From NCBI GenBank assembly GCA_963812155.1, contig CAWETW010000003.1, positions 1,088,001 to 1,152,000 on the forward strand: a DNA stretch of 64,000 nucleotides, read 5' to 3'. The DNA is from Vulcanimicrobiota bacterium (GTDB lineage: Bacteria > Vulcanimicrobiota > Vulcanimicrobiia > Vulcanimicrobiales > Vulcanimicrobiaceae). The notes beneath the pieces are model-generated. The model did not search any database, was not told the origin of the DNA, and was given only the letters and a program-made list of their open reading frames with translations. Of this stretch, positions 39,486 through 49,160 are shown in pieces. The translations under genes and the position numbers were made by a program. The first letter of the stretch is position 1; each line of letters opens with the position of its first letter.

Positions 39486-39575
39486 ATGAGCGACCCACAA
39501 CTATGGCTTATTAAAGGCGTCTTGGCGGTGGGCGTTGTGGTAGCGGCGATCTTGCTGTTGTTACGGGTCAGATAG
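39486..39575 (+). CDS. Possible 29-aa single-TM peptide
   Basis: MSDPQLWLIKGVLAVGVVVAAILLLLRVR*, fitting inside an intergenic gap. Confidence 0.35.
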   Translation: MSDPQLWLIKGVLAVGVVVAAILLLLRVR

Positions 39576-39579
39576 GCCA

Positions 39580-40929
39580 TTACTGATCGTCGGGAATCTG
39601 TCCGCTGTTGGGAAAACGATGGTGGATAAAGAAGTTCGCCGGATACGGCGCTTTGATTTGGATAAACGCACGCGGTTTTTGTGAGAAGTTGAAACAGTCG
39701 GCCGCCGGCGAGTTGGCTCTCGCGTCGGCTGCCGCCATCTGCGGCAGACCGTAGAGGTCCTCGGCGAAGCGCAGGACGCTCGTCGTTTCAAATTGCACGT
39801 GCGAAACGTGGTCCTTTTTTGCATACGGCGAGATGACGAGGAGCGGAACGCGGAAGCCGTTGCCGTCGTAGTCTTCGAACGGCGGCGCAACGTGATCGTA
39901 GAGGCCGCCCCAGTCGTCCCACTGGATAAAAATGGCGGTCGAGTTCCAGAACTTGCTCTTCCCGACCGTATTGACGATGGCCGACACCCACGACGGTCCG
40001 AATCCTCCGCCGCACTCGTTGTGATCCGACTCCGCGCACTCGGGCGTTATCCAGGTGAAGTTGGCAAGTTTGCCGGCACGGACGTCAGTGATGAACTTCC
40101 AATTCGGCGTGACGACGTCATTTTTCCAATCCGGGCCACGGAAGATGTGCTTCACGGCTTGATAGCCCGACCACGTGCCGCCGTTGCCGCCGCGGTCGTT
40201 TTCGTAGCCGACCGCGTAGAACCGCCAAGTTAAATGCGCTGCGTCGAGCTCATCGCCGAGGGTGGTATAGTCGAAACAGGCGCGTTGCCGCGGACCGTCC
40301 GGGTTGCGGGTTTGCGTGATCGTGTTGATGGTATCGGACGGTCCGCCTTCGCAGCCCCACAGGATGAACGCCGGTAAATTGACGCTCGATTGCGCCTGGG
40401 CGGCGATGGCGTACTGATGCGAGACAAAACTTTCGTCGAGATGCGATTGAAACATGTTGTCGGCCACGACCCATTCGTGCGCCATGTCAAAATATGGTTG
40501 GGACTGGTCGTGCGGGACGTACACGTACTGCGGGTTGGAAGGGCCGCCGTAGGACTCTTCCTGATCGAAGCCGTTCATCCGGCAATCGGTGCCGCGGAGG
40601 CTTCCGGTGCCGTTGCAGGCAGCGAACATCGCCTCCGCAGAGTGATCGATCTGGTATACCTTCGCCAACGACACCGGCTGCAACTGGATCGTCTGACCCT
40701 GCGAGTTCATGCCTTCGGAAACGGTGTTCGCGCCCGGATAACCCTGAAAGAGATTATCGAAGCTGCGATTCTCTTGAATGACGTAGACAACGTGCGTGAT
40801 TTTCCCGGCGCCGGGTCCGGCCGGGCGAACGAGCGCAGACGCTTGTGCCGAGCGCAACGGAGGTTGTGCGCCCGACATGCATCCTGCAAGGGAAATAATT
40901 AAAACGATAGCGGCGAACCGTAGTATCAT
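39580..40929 (-). CDS. Phosphoesterase (phospholipase C / acid phosphatase family) lipoprotein
   Basis: Lipobox LAGC; HVVYVIQENRSFDNLF, WDDWGG.YDHV.PP, GFRVPLLVISPYAK. Confidence 0.9.
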   Translation of the reverse strand: MILRFAAIVLIISLAGCMSGAQPPLRSAQASALVRPAGPGAGKITHVVYVIQENRSFDNLFQGYPGANTVSEGMNSQGQTIQLQPVSLAKVYQIDHSAEAMFAACNGTGSLRGTDCRMNGFDQEESYGGPSNPQYVYVPHDQSQPYFDMAHEWVVADNMFQSHLDESFVSHQYAIAAQAQSSVNLPAFILWGCEGGPSDTINTITQTRNPDGPRQRACFDYTTLGDELDAAHLTWRFYAVGYENDRGGNGGTWSGYQAVKHIFRGPDWKNDVVTPNWKFITDVRAGKLANFTWITPECAESDHNECGGGFGPSWVSAIVNTVGKSKFWNSTAIFIQWDDWGGLYDHVAPPFEDYDGNGFRVPLLVISPYAKKDHVSHVQFETTSVLRFAEDLYGLPQMAAADARANSPAADCFNFSQKPRAFIQIKAPYPANFFIHHRFPNSGQIPDDQ

Positions 40930-41030
40930 GGCGCCGCATTCTGTCGCCCGGCATCAAGAGCCCTTCTCGCTGCGGCGAACGCGAGGGCCCCTTTCCCGGA
41001 AAGCGCCCAGCCTTGGCGTAGTATAGCGGA

Positions 41031-41492
41031 GTGAGCCCTGTGAAACTCGGCATGTGGATTGCCGGCGGCGTGGCGCTGCTTGGATTGGTCGCGTTCGTCG
41101 CATTCGCCGGCACGTACGTTGTGTATTTCTTCGCCGCAATGCAGCGGCCACCCGACAGCCCGTTCTCCATCGCATGTGTGCAAGTCGCGGCGCCGCGCCG
41201 AAACGCGGTGCCGGTCCGCTTCGATATCGCCAATACCGGGCGCAAGGATGCGACGTGGATAAATCTTGCGATCGTTGCTTCGGGCGCCAGCGGCCGAAGC
41301 CTCAGCGACTGGAACTACGTACTCGAAACGCGCGTGCCGGCCACGGAAAGAGTTTCCAAAGTCGTTGCGGTGCCGCTCCCCAACGATTATCGGAGCGTTC
41401 GATTCTCCGCCATTGCTTGCGAAGTTATCAATGCGACGTTTGCGGACGGATCGGCGCAGAGTTATGGTGCCAATACGGGCGCGTTTCCGTGA
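41031..41492 (+). CDS. Membrane-anchored hypothetical protein
   Basis: N-terminal TM helix and a beta-rich domain; TAGTAT 7 nt upstream of the GTG. Confidence 0.6.
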   Translation: MSPVKLGMWIAGGVALLGLVAFVAFAGTYVVYFFAAMQRPPDSPFSIACVQVAAPRRNAVPVRFDIANTGRKDATWINLAIVASGASGRSLSDWNYVLETRVPATERVSKVVAVPLPNDYRSVRFSAIACEVINATFADGSAQSYGANTGAFP

Positions 41493-41498
41493 AATGCA

Positions 41499-41532
41499 TC
41501 GCTCGTTCAGCGCGGCTCCGCTCGGGATGACA
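41499..41532 (+). repeat. Degenerate REP-like copy
   Basis: ...GCTCCGCTCGGGATGACA between convergent genes. Confidence 0.5.
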
Positions 41533-41543
41533 TCGTGGCGAAA

Positions 41544-42065
41544 TTAGCTGGCGAAGAGTTTGAGGTAGCCGGCCGTCTTCATCAGAAGCTCCTCGATCGT
41601 TTTCGCGTTCAGATTTCCCCAATCGACGCCGACGTGCTGGATGGCGACGGTGAGGTGCGTGGTCGCGCCGCGGTCGACCATCGCGATGGAGACGGTAAAG
41701 GCCGTCGAGAGGAGCGACATCGGCTTTTTCGCCTCGAGGATCGCGCCGCTGGCCGTATCGAAGGCGGCGGTGAGCACGTAGCCGCACGCGGCCATCGCGA
41801 GCACGAGTGCGTGGCCGGCGGTTTCGTAGCCGGCTTCGATGTCGCGTTCGACCGTGGCGCTGGCCGAGAGTTTGCGAAATCGGGCGGCGAGCTCGTCGGA
41901 GATGCTTTCGGAGGCAGCGATGACGCCGGCGGGCGTGCCGGTCAGCACCGAAGCGACCGCGGCGATCTTGTCGGGCGAGATTGAGGAATCGGCGCCCGCC
42001 ATTCGCCCGCTATCGCGAATGATGTCGGCAATGCGGGCGCGCGGCGGCTGAGATTCGGTCGTCAT
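41544..42065 (-). CDS. Hypothetical protein
   Basis: ORF with protein-like composition and host-like codon use. Confidence 0.6.
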   Translation of the reverse strand: MTTESQPPRARIADIIRDSGRMAGADSSISPDKIAAVASVLTGTPAGVIAASESISDELAARFRKLSASATVERDIEAGYETAGHALVLAMAACGYVLTAAFDTASGAILEAKKPMSLLSTAFTVSIAMVDRGATTHLTVAIQHVGVDWGNLNAKTIEELLMKTAGYLKLFAS

Positions 42066-42196
42066 GCGCGTACGGTTCTACACGGCGCAGCAAGACCATC
42101 GCGCAGATCTCGTCGAACGTAAGGTCTCGCGGAACATGCTCGTGGCATCCTGGCTCAACGGGGTGCTCCAGCCGGGCTCGCCGAACGGCACCGGCA

Positions 42197-43021
42197 ATGG
42201 CGAATGACGTTGGGAGCATTCATGCGAACTTTCCCGACCGGTTCGTAACGGATTTCCCGTCCGATGCGACGGCGTTCGCGCTGCAGGGCGGCGCGTGGAA
42301 GTTCGACTACGACACGCTCGACCGCGACGCCATCATCCAAAATGCGAAGATGGACGGCCGGCCAAGATTCTGCGCGGAAACGTTTCCCGGATTTAAGGAT
42401 TTTCGCATTCTCGAGCTGGGTCCGAGCGACGGCTACAACACGCTCGGCATGGAGTTGGAAGGCGCGCACGATATCGTGTCGATCGAGGCGAGCACGTCGG
42501 CGTTTCTGCGCTGTCTCATTTTAAAAAATGCGATGGGCCTGCAAGCGAAGTTCCTGCTCGGAGATTTTCTAAAGTATCTCAATCAGCCGGCGCTATCCCT
42601 GGATCTCGTCTACGCGTCGGGCGTCCTGTACCACCTGCACGATCCGGTCGAGTTCTTGGTGCGGTGCGGAGAGGTGGCCCCGCATTTGTTTCTATGGACA
42701 TTTTACTTCGACGGCGAGATAGTGCGCGAGCATCCGCACGAACGCGATCGCTTTGCAGCCGATCTGAACGAGCGCCGATCCGTGGGCCGTGCGAGATTTA
42801 CGTATCACCGGCGTTTTTACGAGCCGCAGCTTGCAGCCGACCCAAAGTATCAGGGCGGCCTCGGCGATTACGCGAACTGGCTCGATTGGAACGAACTACA
42901 AAGGGCCGTCGATTTCGCCGGCTACGAGATCGTTAAAATCATCAACGATGAGTACGCCGGAATGCCTGCAAGAAATATCTTCGCGCAGCGGCGGGCTGCT
43001 AAGCGGCGGCGGTGGTTTTGA
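42197..43021 (+). CDS. Class I SAM-dependent methyltransferase
   Basis: ILELGPSDG, VSIEA, DLVYASGVLYHL.DP. Confidence 0.85.
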   Translation: MANDVGSIHANFPDRFVTDFPSDATAFALQGGAWKFDYDTLDRDAIIQNAKMDGRPRFCAETFPGFKDFRILELGPSDGYNTLGMELEGAHDIVSIEASTSAFLRCLILKNAMGLQAKFLLGDFLKYLNQPALSLDLVYASGVLYHLHDPVEFLVRCGEVAPHLFLWTFYFDGEIVREHPHERDRFAADLNERRSVGRARFTYHRRFYEPQLAADPKYQGGLGDYANWLDWNELQRAVDFAGYEIVKIINDEYAGMPARNIFAQRRAAKRRRWF

Positions 43022-43023
43022 GG

Positions 43024-44373
43024 CTACTCTTGGTCGGGTGACCGCAAGTCCGGAGGCTGTCGCCGGAAGAACTCTTCGCCGTGCGGTGCGGAGATGGGAA
43101 CGAAGCGCCGCGGTGGTTGGGTAAAGTCGAAGCAATCCAGCGGCGAGTTTGCGCGAGCGTCGCTCGCCGCGAGACGCGGAAGGCTCCAAAGGTCTTCCAC
43201 GAACTTCAAGATGCTGCCGTGTTCGAACTGCGTGTGCGAAACGTAGTTTTTCTTCGCGTAGGGCGAGACGACGAGCAACGGAAGCCGCATGCCCAGTCCG
43301 TCGTAATCGACCAGCGGCGGCGGAACGTCGTCATACCAGCCGCCGTAGTCGTCCCAGAACACGAAAATGGCGGTGTCGTTCCAGTATTTCGACGTGCCGA
43401 CGGCGTTGATGAGGGAAGCCACCCACGATGGGCCCGAATTCGAGCCGCAGCCCGCATGGTCGGAGTTCGCGCAAGTGGGTGTAATCCAACTGACGGCCCG
43501 CATGCGGCCGTGCTTGACGTCATCGAAGAAGCTCGTATTCGGTAAGACGTCTTTGTGCCAATCCGGTCCGTAATAGATGTGCCGAATCGCCTGATAGGCG
43601 CTCCAGAGATTGACATAGCCGGAGGAGTAGTATGCGGCATAAAAGCCCCACGATAAGCCGGCGCGATCGAGCTCGTCTCCGAGCGTTTCGTTTTGGAAAC
43701 AGGTACGAATGTGGCCGCCGTAAAGCGTTCGCCCCCGCGTGACGGTGCCGATCGTATCGCTGGGGCCACCCTCGCACCCCCACACGTTACGCGGATAGTT
43801 GACGGCCGAACTCGCTTGACCCGCAATGATGTACTGATGCGAGATGAAACTGCTGGCATCGAAGTTTGACGCAAACATGCGATCGGCGAGCACGTATCGC
43901 TTGGCAATGTCGAAGTACGGCTTGGTTTCTTCGTGAGGGACGTACGCGTATTGCGGATAGTTATACGGACAATGGGGATAATGGCGGTGTCCGCAGCCGA
44001 CGTACTCATGGTTGAAGCCGTTCATCCGGCAATCCGTGCCAGGGTAGCTCCCGGTGCCGTTGCACGCAGAGAAGAACGAGTACGAGCTGTGATCGAGGTC
44101 CCAGGTCGTTTCCAGCCCGATGGGTTCGAGCGGGATGCGTCGACCGTGCGAATCGACGCCGTGATCGACCGTGTGCGCGCCGGAAAAACCGTAAAATAGA
44201 TTGTTGAAGCTGCGATTTTCTTGAACGATGATAACGACGTGCTGGATCCTTGCGGGTGGGGGCGACGGCTGCGGCTGGACGCTCGTTAACGGTGCGACGC
44301 TCGTGCCATTACAGGCCGAAAGGATGACGGCGCACAGTAGCGCGCCGCACGCGGTGCTAAAACCGGAAGCCAA
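43024..44373 (-). CDS. Second phosphoesterase (PLC family) lipoprotein; start uncertain
   Basis: Lipobox LSAC; HVVIIVQENRSFNNLF, WDDYGGWYD, GMRLPLLVVSPYAK; paralog of 39580..40929. Confidence 0.88.
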   Translation of the reverse strand: MASGFSTACGALLCAVILSACNGTSVAPLTSVQPQPSPPPARIQHVVIIVQENRSFNNLFYGFSGAHTVDHGVDSHGRRIPLEPIGLETTWDLDHSSYSFFSACNGTGSYPGTDCRMNGFNHEYVGCGHRHYPHCPYNYPQYAYVPHEETKPYFDIAKRYVLADRMFASNFDASSFISHQYIIAGQASSAVNYPRNVWGCEGGPSDTIGTVTRGRTLYGGHIRTCFQNETLGDELDRAGLSWGFYAAYYSSGYVNLWSAYQAIRHIYYGPDWHKDVLPNTSFFDDVKHGRMRAVSWITPTCANSDHAGCGSNSGPSWVASLINAVGTSKYWNDTAIFVFWDDYGGWYDDVPPPLVDYDGLGMRLPLLVVSPYAKKNYVSHTQFEHGSILKFVEDLWSLPRLAASDARANSPLDCFDFTQPPRRFVPISAPHGEEFFRRQPPDLRSPDQE

Positions 44374-45817
44374 TTCCGGCGTAGGCCGCGGAATGGGTCT
44401 CGTCAATTGGGTCACCCGCCGCCTCTCCGTGATATCCCGAAAAGCCCGCATACAAATAAGCATTTCGGAACGCACGGTACGTTAACCCGTAGTCATAAAG
44501 CAGATAGCGGCGCGTTTCGCTCGTGTTGGTCGAAGGAGTATCGAGGGTCGCGTTGGCGATGTAATAGAACACGGAGCCGTAGCCACTGAATCTGGCTATG
44601 AGATTCGGTAGTTTTGAAAAGCCGATCCCAGGGCCCGTTTGAGCGCCGAAGCCGTTGCCGGCGCTCTTGTGCAGCACTCCGGCTCCGAGATACAAGTCGT
44701 GCGCCGTCACGGAGACGAGACCGCGCAACTCCGCGATGGAGTCGTGCTGCAGGATCGGCGTGGCCGGTTGGCTGGGGCCGCTCGTGGATGCGAAGGCGTC
44801 GTCGTGAAAGTCGAAGGTCGCCGCCCATGGGCCGCGGCGGTAAGCCGCGGAAAATTGATACGAGCCGGTCGTGTCGGGCGCCGACGGAACGGAGCCGATG
44901 GCGTTCTCTCCGCCGAATCGCAACGCGCCTTCGACGTAGCCTGCATAGTTGGGTACCGTCTGGACGATCTTGGTCGTATCGGGTTCGTCGCTTGCCTCGC
45001 CGGCGCGAAACAGCCTCGTCCCGATACCGAGGTAGGGTCCCTCAACGTTCTCGGCCGAATTGGTTCCGGCGAGCATCCGGTAACCGCCGTATCCGAAATA
45101 CGTGTAGAAATCGCGCGACAGCGGCAAAGAGCTTTCGACGGTATATTTCAGTTGAGCGAATTTAACGGGAAACGATTTGCCGAAGTTGGGGCTGGTGGGG
45201 TCGCTTTGTAAGAACGAGCCCGACACGTTTGGATAGTAAAAAATGCTGCCGTATACGGCAAACGGTGTGAAATCGCTGTATTGCTCCAAACCGAAGCCCA
45301 AGCCGCGCAGCGTTGGATACCCGTAGGAAGTCGAAGTCGCCGTGTAGCTGACCCCGGCATAGGAGTTCGCACCGAAAATCGTATGTTCGGCGCGCACGTC
45401 GACATTCGTATTGCGCCCCGTAAATTCCGGGACGATCGAGTAGCCTCCGTCCGGTGTTGAGAAACCCGTTTGCGGCGGCGGTCCTGGGACGGTGATGGCG
45501 CTAGGAAAAAAGTCGGTGCGATCGTCGAATTTAACCGCCCACGTGTCGAATCGATACGCGGCTGAAAAGACGTAGGAAAAGCCCGTGCCGGTTACGCCGT
45601 CGGCGTAGTTATTGTACACCTTCGGCAACGTATAACCGCCTTCGATCAGCAACTCTTGCAGCGGCCGCCGCGCCGGCTTGGGGGAGGGCGATGCGACGGC
45701 CGTTGCGCGTTGCTGCTGCGGCGTCTGATTCGTATCAGCGACTGCTCGGCACGTTGTGGTTAATGCCGCAGTAACGAAAACGACAAGCGCGGCGATGATA
45801 ACGTTATCATTGCTCAA
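44357..45817 (-). CDS. Probable outer-membrane beta-barrel protein with an internal duplication
   Basis: Signal peptide, alternating aromatic/Gly strands, C-terminal YAGIGFRF. Confidence 0.65.
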   Translation of the reverse strand: MSNDNVIIAALVVFVTAALTTTCRAVADTNQTPQQQRATAVASPSPKPARRPLQELLIEGGYTLPKVYNNYADGVTGTGFSYVFSAAYRFDTWAVKFDDRTDFFPSAITVPGPPPQTGFSTPDGGYSIVPEFTGRNTNVDVRAEHTIFGANSYAGVSYTATSTSYGYPTLRGLGFGLEQYSDFTPFAVYGSIFYYPNVSGSFLQSDPTSPNFGKSFPVKFAQLKYTVESSLPLSRDFYTYFGYGGYRMLAGTNSAENVEGPYLGIGTRLFRAGEASDEPDTTKIVQTVPNYAGYVEGALRFGGENAIGSVPSAPDTTGSYQFSAAYRRGPWAATFDFHDDAFASTSGPSQPATPILQHDSIAELRGLVSVTAHDLYLGAGVLHKSAGNGFGAQTGPGIGFSKLPNLIARFSGYGSVFYYIANATLDTPSTNTSETRRYLLYDYGLTYRAFRNAYLYAGFSGYHGEAAGDPIDETHSAAYAGIGFRF

Positions 45818-46076
45818 AGTCCGCGGTGGGTTCGGGCGGCGCTCTCTCCGGCCTTCAAGGCGTGCGTATGCTTGCCTGACGTTAGCCTGCGCAGTTTTTC
45901 GGTAGCGGCTCTTTATAGGTAACGAAGCGATCCGGCTTCATTTCGAAAAAGGAACCGGACGAGGGCGGCGGCGCGACGTCGAGCGCTCCGAGCAGGAAGT
46001 TCACCACAAAGACGAGTGGTTTCGGAAGCGTCCACCCTACGGGCGGCGCGTGCCGCCGGCGTGCCCGGCTACCGTT

Positions 46077-47536
46077 TCAGGGTGTCGTAGCGAAGGCCGG
46101 CCGCTTGTACGTTGCGGCGCAACGGCTGAAATCCAGGTTTGCGGCAGAGGACGCTTTGACGAACGCAACGATCGTTGCATCGACGCACGGCGGGAAGTCG
46201 CTGTCGTGCGATGCACCCGGAACGAGCATGATGCGCGCGTGCGGCAGATACGGAAGCGCCTCACGCGCGTATTCCGGCGGCGTCGCCGGATCGTCGCTGC
46301 CAGAAATCATCAAGATCGGCGCATCGCTGCGCACCGGTTCGTCGAACGACGCCGCCACGGGTTGGACGTTCCAGAGTTTGCACGCGCGTTGTTGTGCGCG
46401 GACGCGTGCGTCGCGCTCAAAGGTGCCGGCGCTGTTTGGCGTGACGTCGGCTTGCGTGATGAAGGGAAGATCTTCGGCGCAGGTGACCGAGAGATTGAGT
46501 CCGTCGGCGACGAGGTCGGAAAACAGAGCCGCCATCTGAGCGACCATCTCGCCGAGCGGTTTGTAGTCGCCGTTGTACGCGCGGTCGATGGTTACGGGAA
46601 TGTAGGCCGCAGCCGGTGGGAAGTACATGGCATGGCGGATGGTCTCCGCGAAGACTTCCTTCGAAAGCTGCACGGTCTGCGAACGGTGTGTGGCCGGATT
46701 CTGGACGGAAATCGTGACGGGGCCGGCATCGAAGCGCTTGACGACGGCAGCGAACCGTTCCGCGAAATGAGTGAAGTGCGCGTTGCAGCTTGCGTCGCCA
46801 CGGCAAGCTCGCTCGAGGTTTTGATTGCGGTCTGTGCCCCGCGCGCCATCGGCAGTGGAATGACGTAGAAGTGCGGCGGCGCGACGCCTTCGAGGACGAT
46901 GCTTTCGACGCTCGCGGGGTGGCGGCGAGCGTAGTCGAGATAGAACAGCGTGCCGTAGGACCCGCCGAACAACACGAGTCTCGGGTAGCCGAGGGCCGCG
47001 CGCACGTCGTTCAGATCGTCGGCGGCTAGGCTGGTCGAATAGAGGCTGAGATTCGCTTGCGCGGCAAGGCGATCGCGACACGCGCGCACGAGCGAATCGG
47101 GCCAGAGCTGACGGAAATAGAGTTCCGGATGGTCTGCGGGTGCGAAGTTACAGCTTTGCTTAGCCGATTTGCCCGTTCCTCGGTTGTCGACGAACAGCAG
47201 ATCGTAATTATCGCGAAGCGTCGCCATTGCCCCGGTGGCGCCGGCAAGGTCGGACGCCTGAGCCGTCGCCGACGCGCCCGGGCCGCCGGGATTATAGGCG
47301 ATCGCGCGATGCGTCGCGGGGTGCTTCGCCTGGATGACGATGAAATGAATGTCGATCGTGCGCCCGGTAGCGGTTGGGCGATTCTCGAAAACGGTGAGCG
47401 TTCCGCAGATGGCCGCTGCCTGTGCCTGACCGATGCGGCACGGCGACGTTTTCAAAAGAGGCGGCGAGGTATTCGAGCTGGCCTGCATTGGCGCGGCGGT
47501 CGTGAGAAGCACCGCGGCGAGAAGAATTCGTATCAT
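46077..47536 (-). CDS. Secreted alpha/beta hydrolase (TAP-like peptidase), frameshift ~46820
   Basis: NPGGPGAS, DNRGTG, GGSYGT, then ISGSDDPATP and GASH in the second frame. Confidence 0.85.
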
Positions 47537-49134
47537 GGTTGCACGTCCCAACGCTCGGCGTTCCAATAATCGTATAACATGTTCGGCCGAAAATCTCGCA
47601 AGGCAGGATTGACGACAATGTATTCTTGGTCGTCGACCAGCGGGAGCAACACCGCGTTGTCGCGGAGCCGGCGCTGCATGGTGCTGAAGAAACGAGCGCG
47701 GTCGGCGCGATCGAGGGTCGATCGCTGTCCTTCGTATGCGTCGTCGTAAGCAGCATCGCAGAACCGCGCCATGTTGGCGCCGTCAGGCGGGCGCTTGGCG
47801 CAGGTCCAATTCTCGGATTGTTCGGGGTCGGAGCCCCCGTAAAGATTGTCGGACATCATGTTGAAGCGGCCGCCGTATTGAATGCCGCCGGCGGATGCGG
47901 GCGCGTACATAACCGTATTTGGGTACGTTCGCAGCGTGACGTCGATTCCGACCTGCGCGAGGTCGCTTTGAACGATCGCCTGAATTCGCCGGTTGTAATC
48001 TCGCGTGTCGGAGACGAGTTCGATGTGAAGCGGCACGCCGTCTTTGAGGCGCTGCTTGCCAGTGAGGTGCCAGCCCGCGGCCTCGAGCTCGCGCGCGGCG
48101 CGACCGGGATCGTACGGAAGCGGTTGGATCGACGGATCGTTTGCCCAGAGCACCGTCGGAATTTCGGTGTTGAGGACGGGGCGCAATCCGAGATAGGTGC
48201 CGCGAATGAGCGCCGAACGGTCGATCGCCTCGACGATCGCTCGACGGACGTGGACGTCGTCGGTCGGGGTTTTCGCGGTTTGAAAGCCGAGGTAGTCGAA
48301 GCCATTTCGGAGGGCGGAAATCAGCTTGGCGTCGCGCAGCGTGCGCGCTTGCGGAACTTCGAGAATCGTCAAGTTGTCGACGTCGAGCTCGTGGGCGCGA
48401 AAAGCGTCGAAGCGGGCGTTGCTGTCGGCAACGATCTTGAAAACGAGACGGTTCAGGCGCGGTTTGCGCCATGCGTAAGGATTCGGAACCAAGTCGATTT
48501 CGTCGCCGCGTATCCAGCGCGCGACGCGAAAGGGTCCGCTGCCGAACGGGTGAGCGTTCCAGTCGGCATGCGAAACGTCAGTGCTTGCGAACGCATGTGC
48601 CGGAAGAATGCCGAAGGCAAAGTCGGAGGCAGCGAAGAGCTCGCCGACCGCAGCGGCCCACCGATGGCGGAGCCGAATACGGACGGTGTAGCGGTCGGGC
48701 GTTTGCAGCGAGGCGATTGCGCGGACCGCTTCGCTGTCGACTACCGGATTACGCGGATCCAGAATAGCGCGATACGTGAACGCGACATCCTGGGACGTGA
48801 GGTCCATGCCGTCGGCGAAGCGAACGCGGTGGCGCAGATGGTAGACGATCGTTTTGCCGTCCGAGGAAATGCCACCGTTCGCTCGTGACGGCACTTCCGT
48901 CGCGAGCAGCGGGACGATTTGATTGCGGTCGTTCAGGGTGACCAGCGTTTCGCAGTACAACTGGCCAAGATCGATCTGGCGCTCGACGTAGCTGAATAGT
49001 GGATTCAGTGAATCGGGATCGCCCAGCATCCCGATGCGCAGCTCGTGCACGGTGCCCCACCCCGAGCCGCCGGCCTTCGTGCAGGCCGTCAACAAAATGA
49101 GTAAAACGGCCGGCAATATGTTGCATGCCCGCAT
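47533..49134 (-). CDS. Peptide ABC transporter substrate-binding lipoprotein (family 5)
   Basis: Lipobox LTAC; PDSLNP, VPLLATEVP..NGGIS.DGKTI, GSGPFR, VRRAI..AIDR. Confidence 0.9.
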   Translation of the reverse strand: MRACNILPAVLLILLTACTKAGGSGWGTVHELRIGMLGDPDSLNPLFSYVERQIDLGQLYCETLVTLNDRNQIVPLLATEVPSRANGGISSDGKTIVYHLRHRVRFADGMDLTSQDVAFTYRAILDPRNPVVDSEAVRAIASLQTPDRYTVRIRLRHRWAAAVGELFAASDFAFGILPAHAFASTDVSHADWNAHPFGSGPFRVARWIRGDEIDLVPNPYAWRKPRLNRLVFKIVADSNARFDAFRAHELDVDNLTILEVPQARTLRDAKLISALRNGFDYLGFQTAKTPTDDVHVRRAIVEAIDRSALIRGTYLGLRPVLNTEIPTVLWANDPSIQPLPYDPGRAARELEAAGWHLTGKQRLKDGVPLHIELVSDTRDYNRRIQAIVQSDLAQVGIDVTLRTYPNTVMYAPASAGGIQYGGRFNMMSDNLYGGSDPEQSENWTCAKRPPDGANMARFCDAAYDDAYEGQRSTLDRADRARFFSTMQRRLRDNAVLLPLVDDQEYIVVNPALRDFRPNMLYDYWNAERWDVQP

Positions 49135-49160
49135 GCTCGATGCTGCGTTCAGGATGACGC
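49135..49160 (+). repeat. Partial REP-like copy overlapping the MscS stop codon
   Basis: GATGCTGCGTTCAGGATGACGC. Confidence 0.5.

Noticed and set aside
45880..46070. Small minus-strand ORF downstream of the hydrolase
   Set aside because: The most protein-like frame has no start codon and no recognisable motif.
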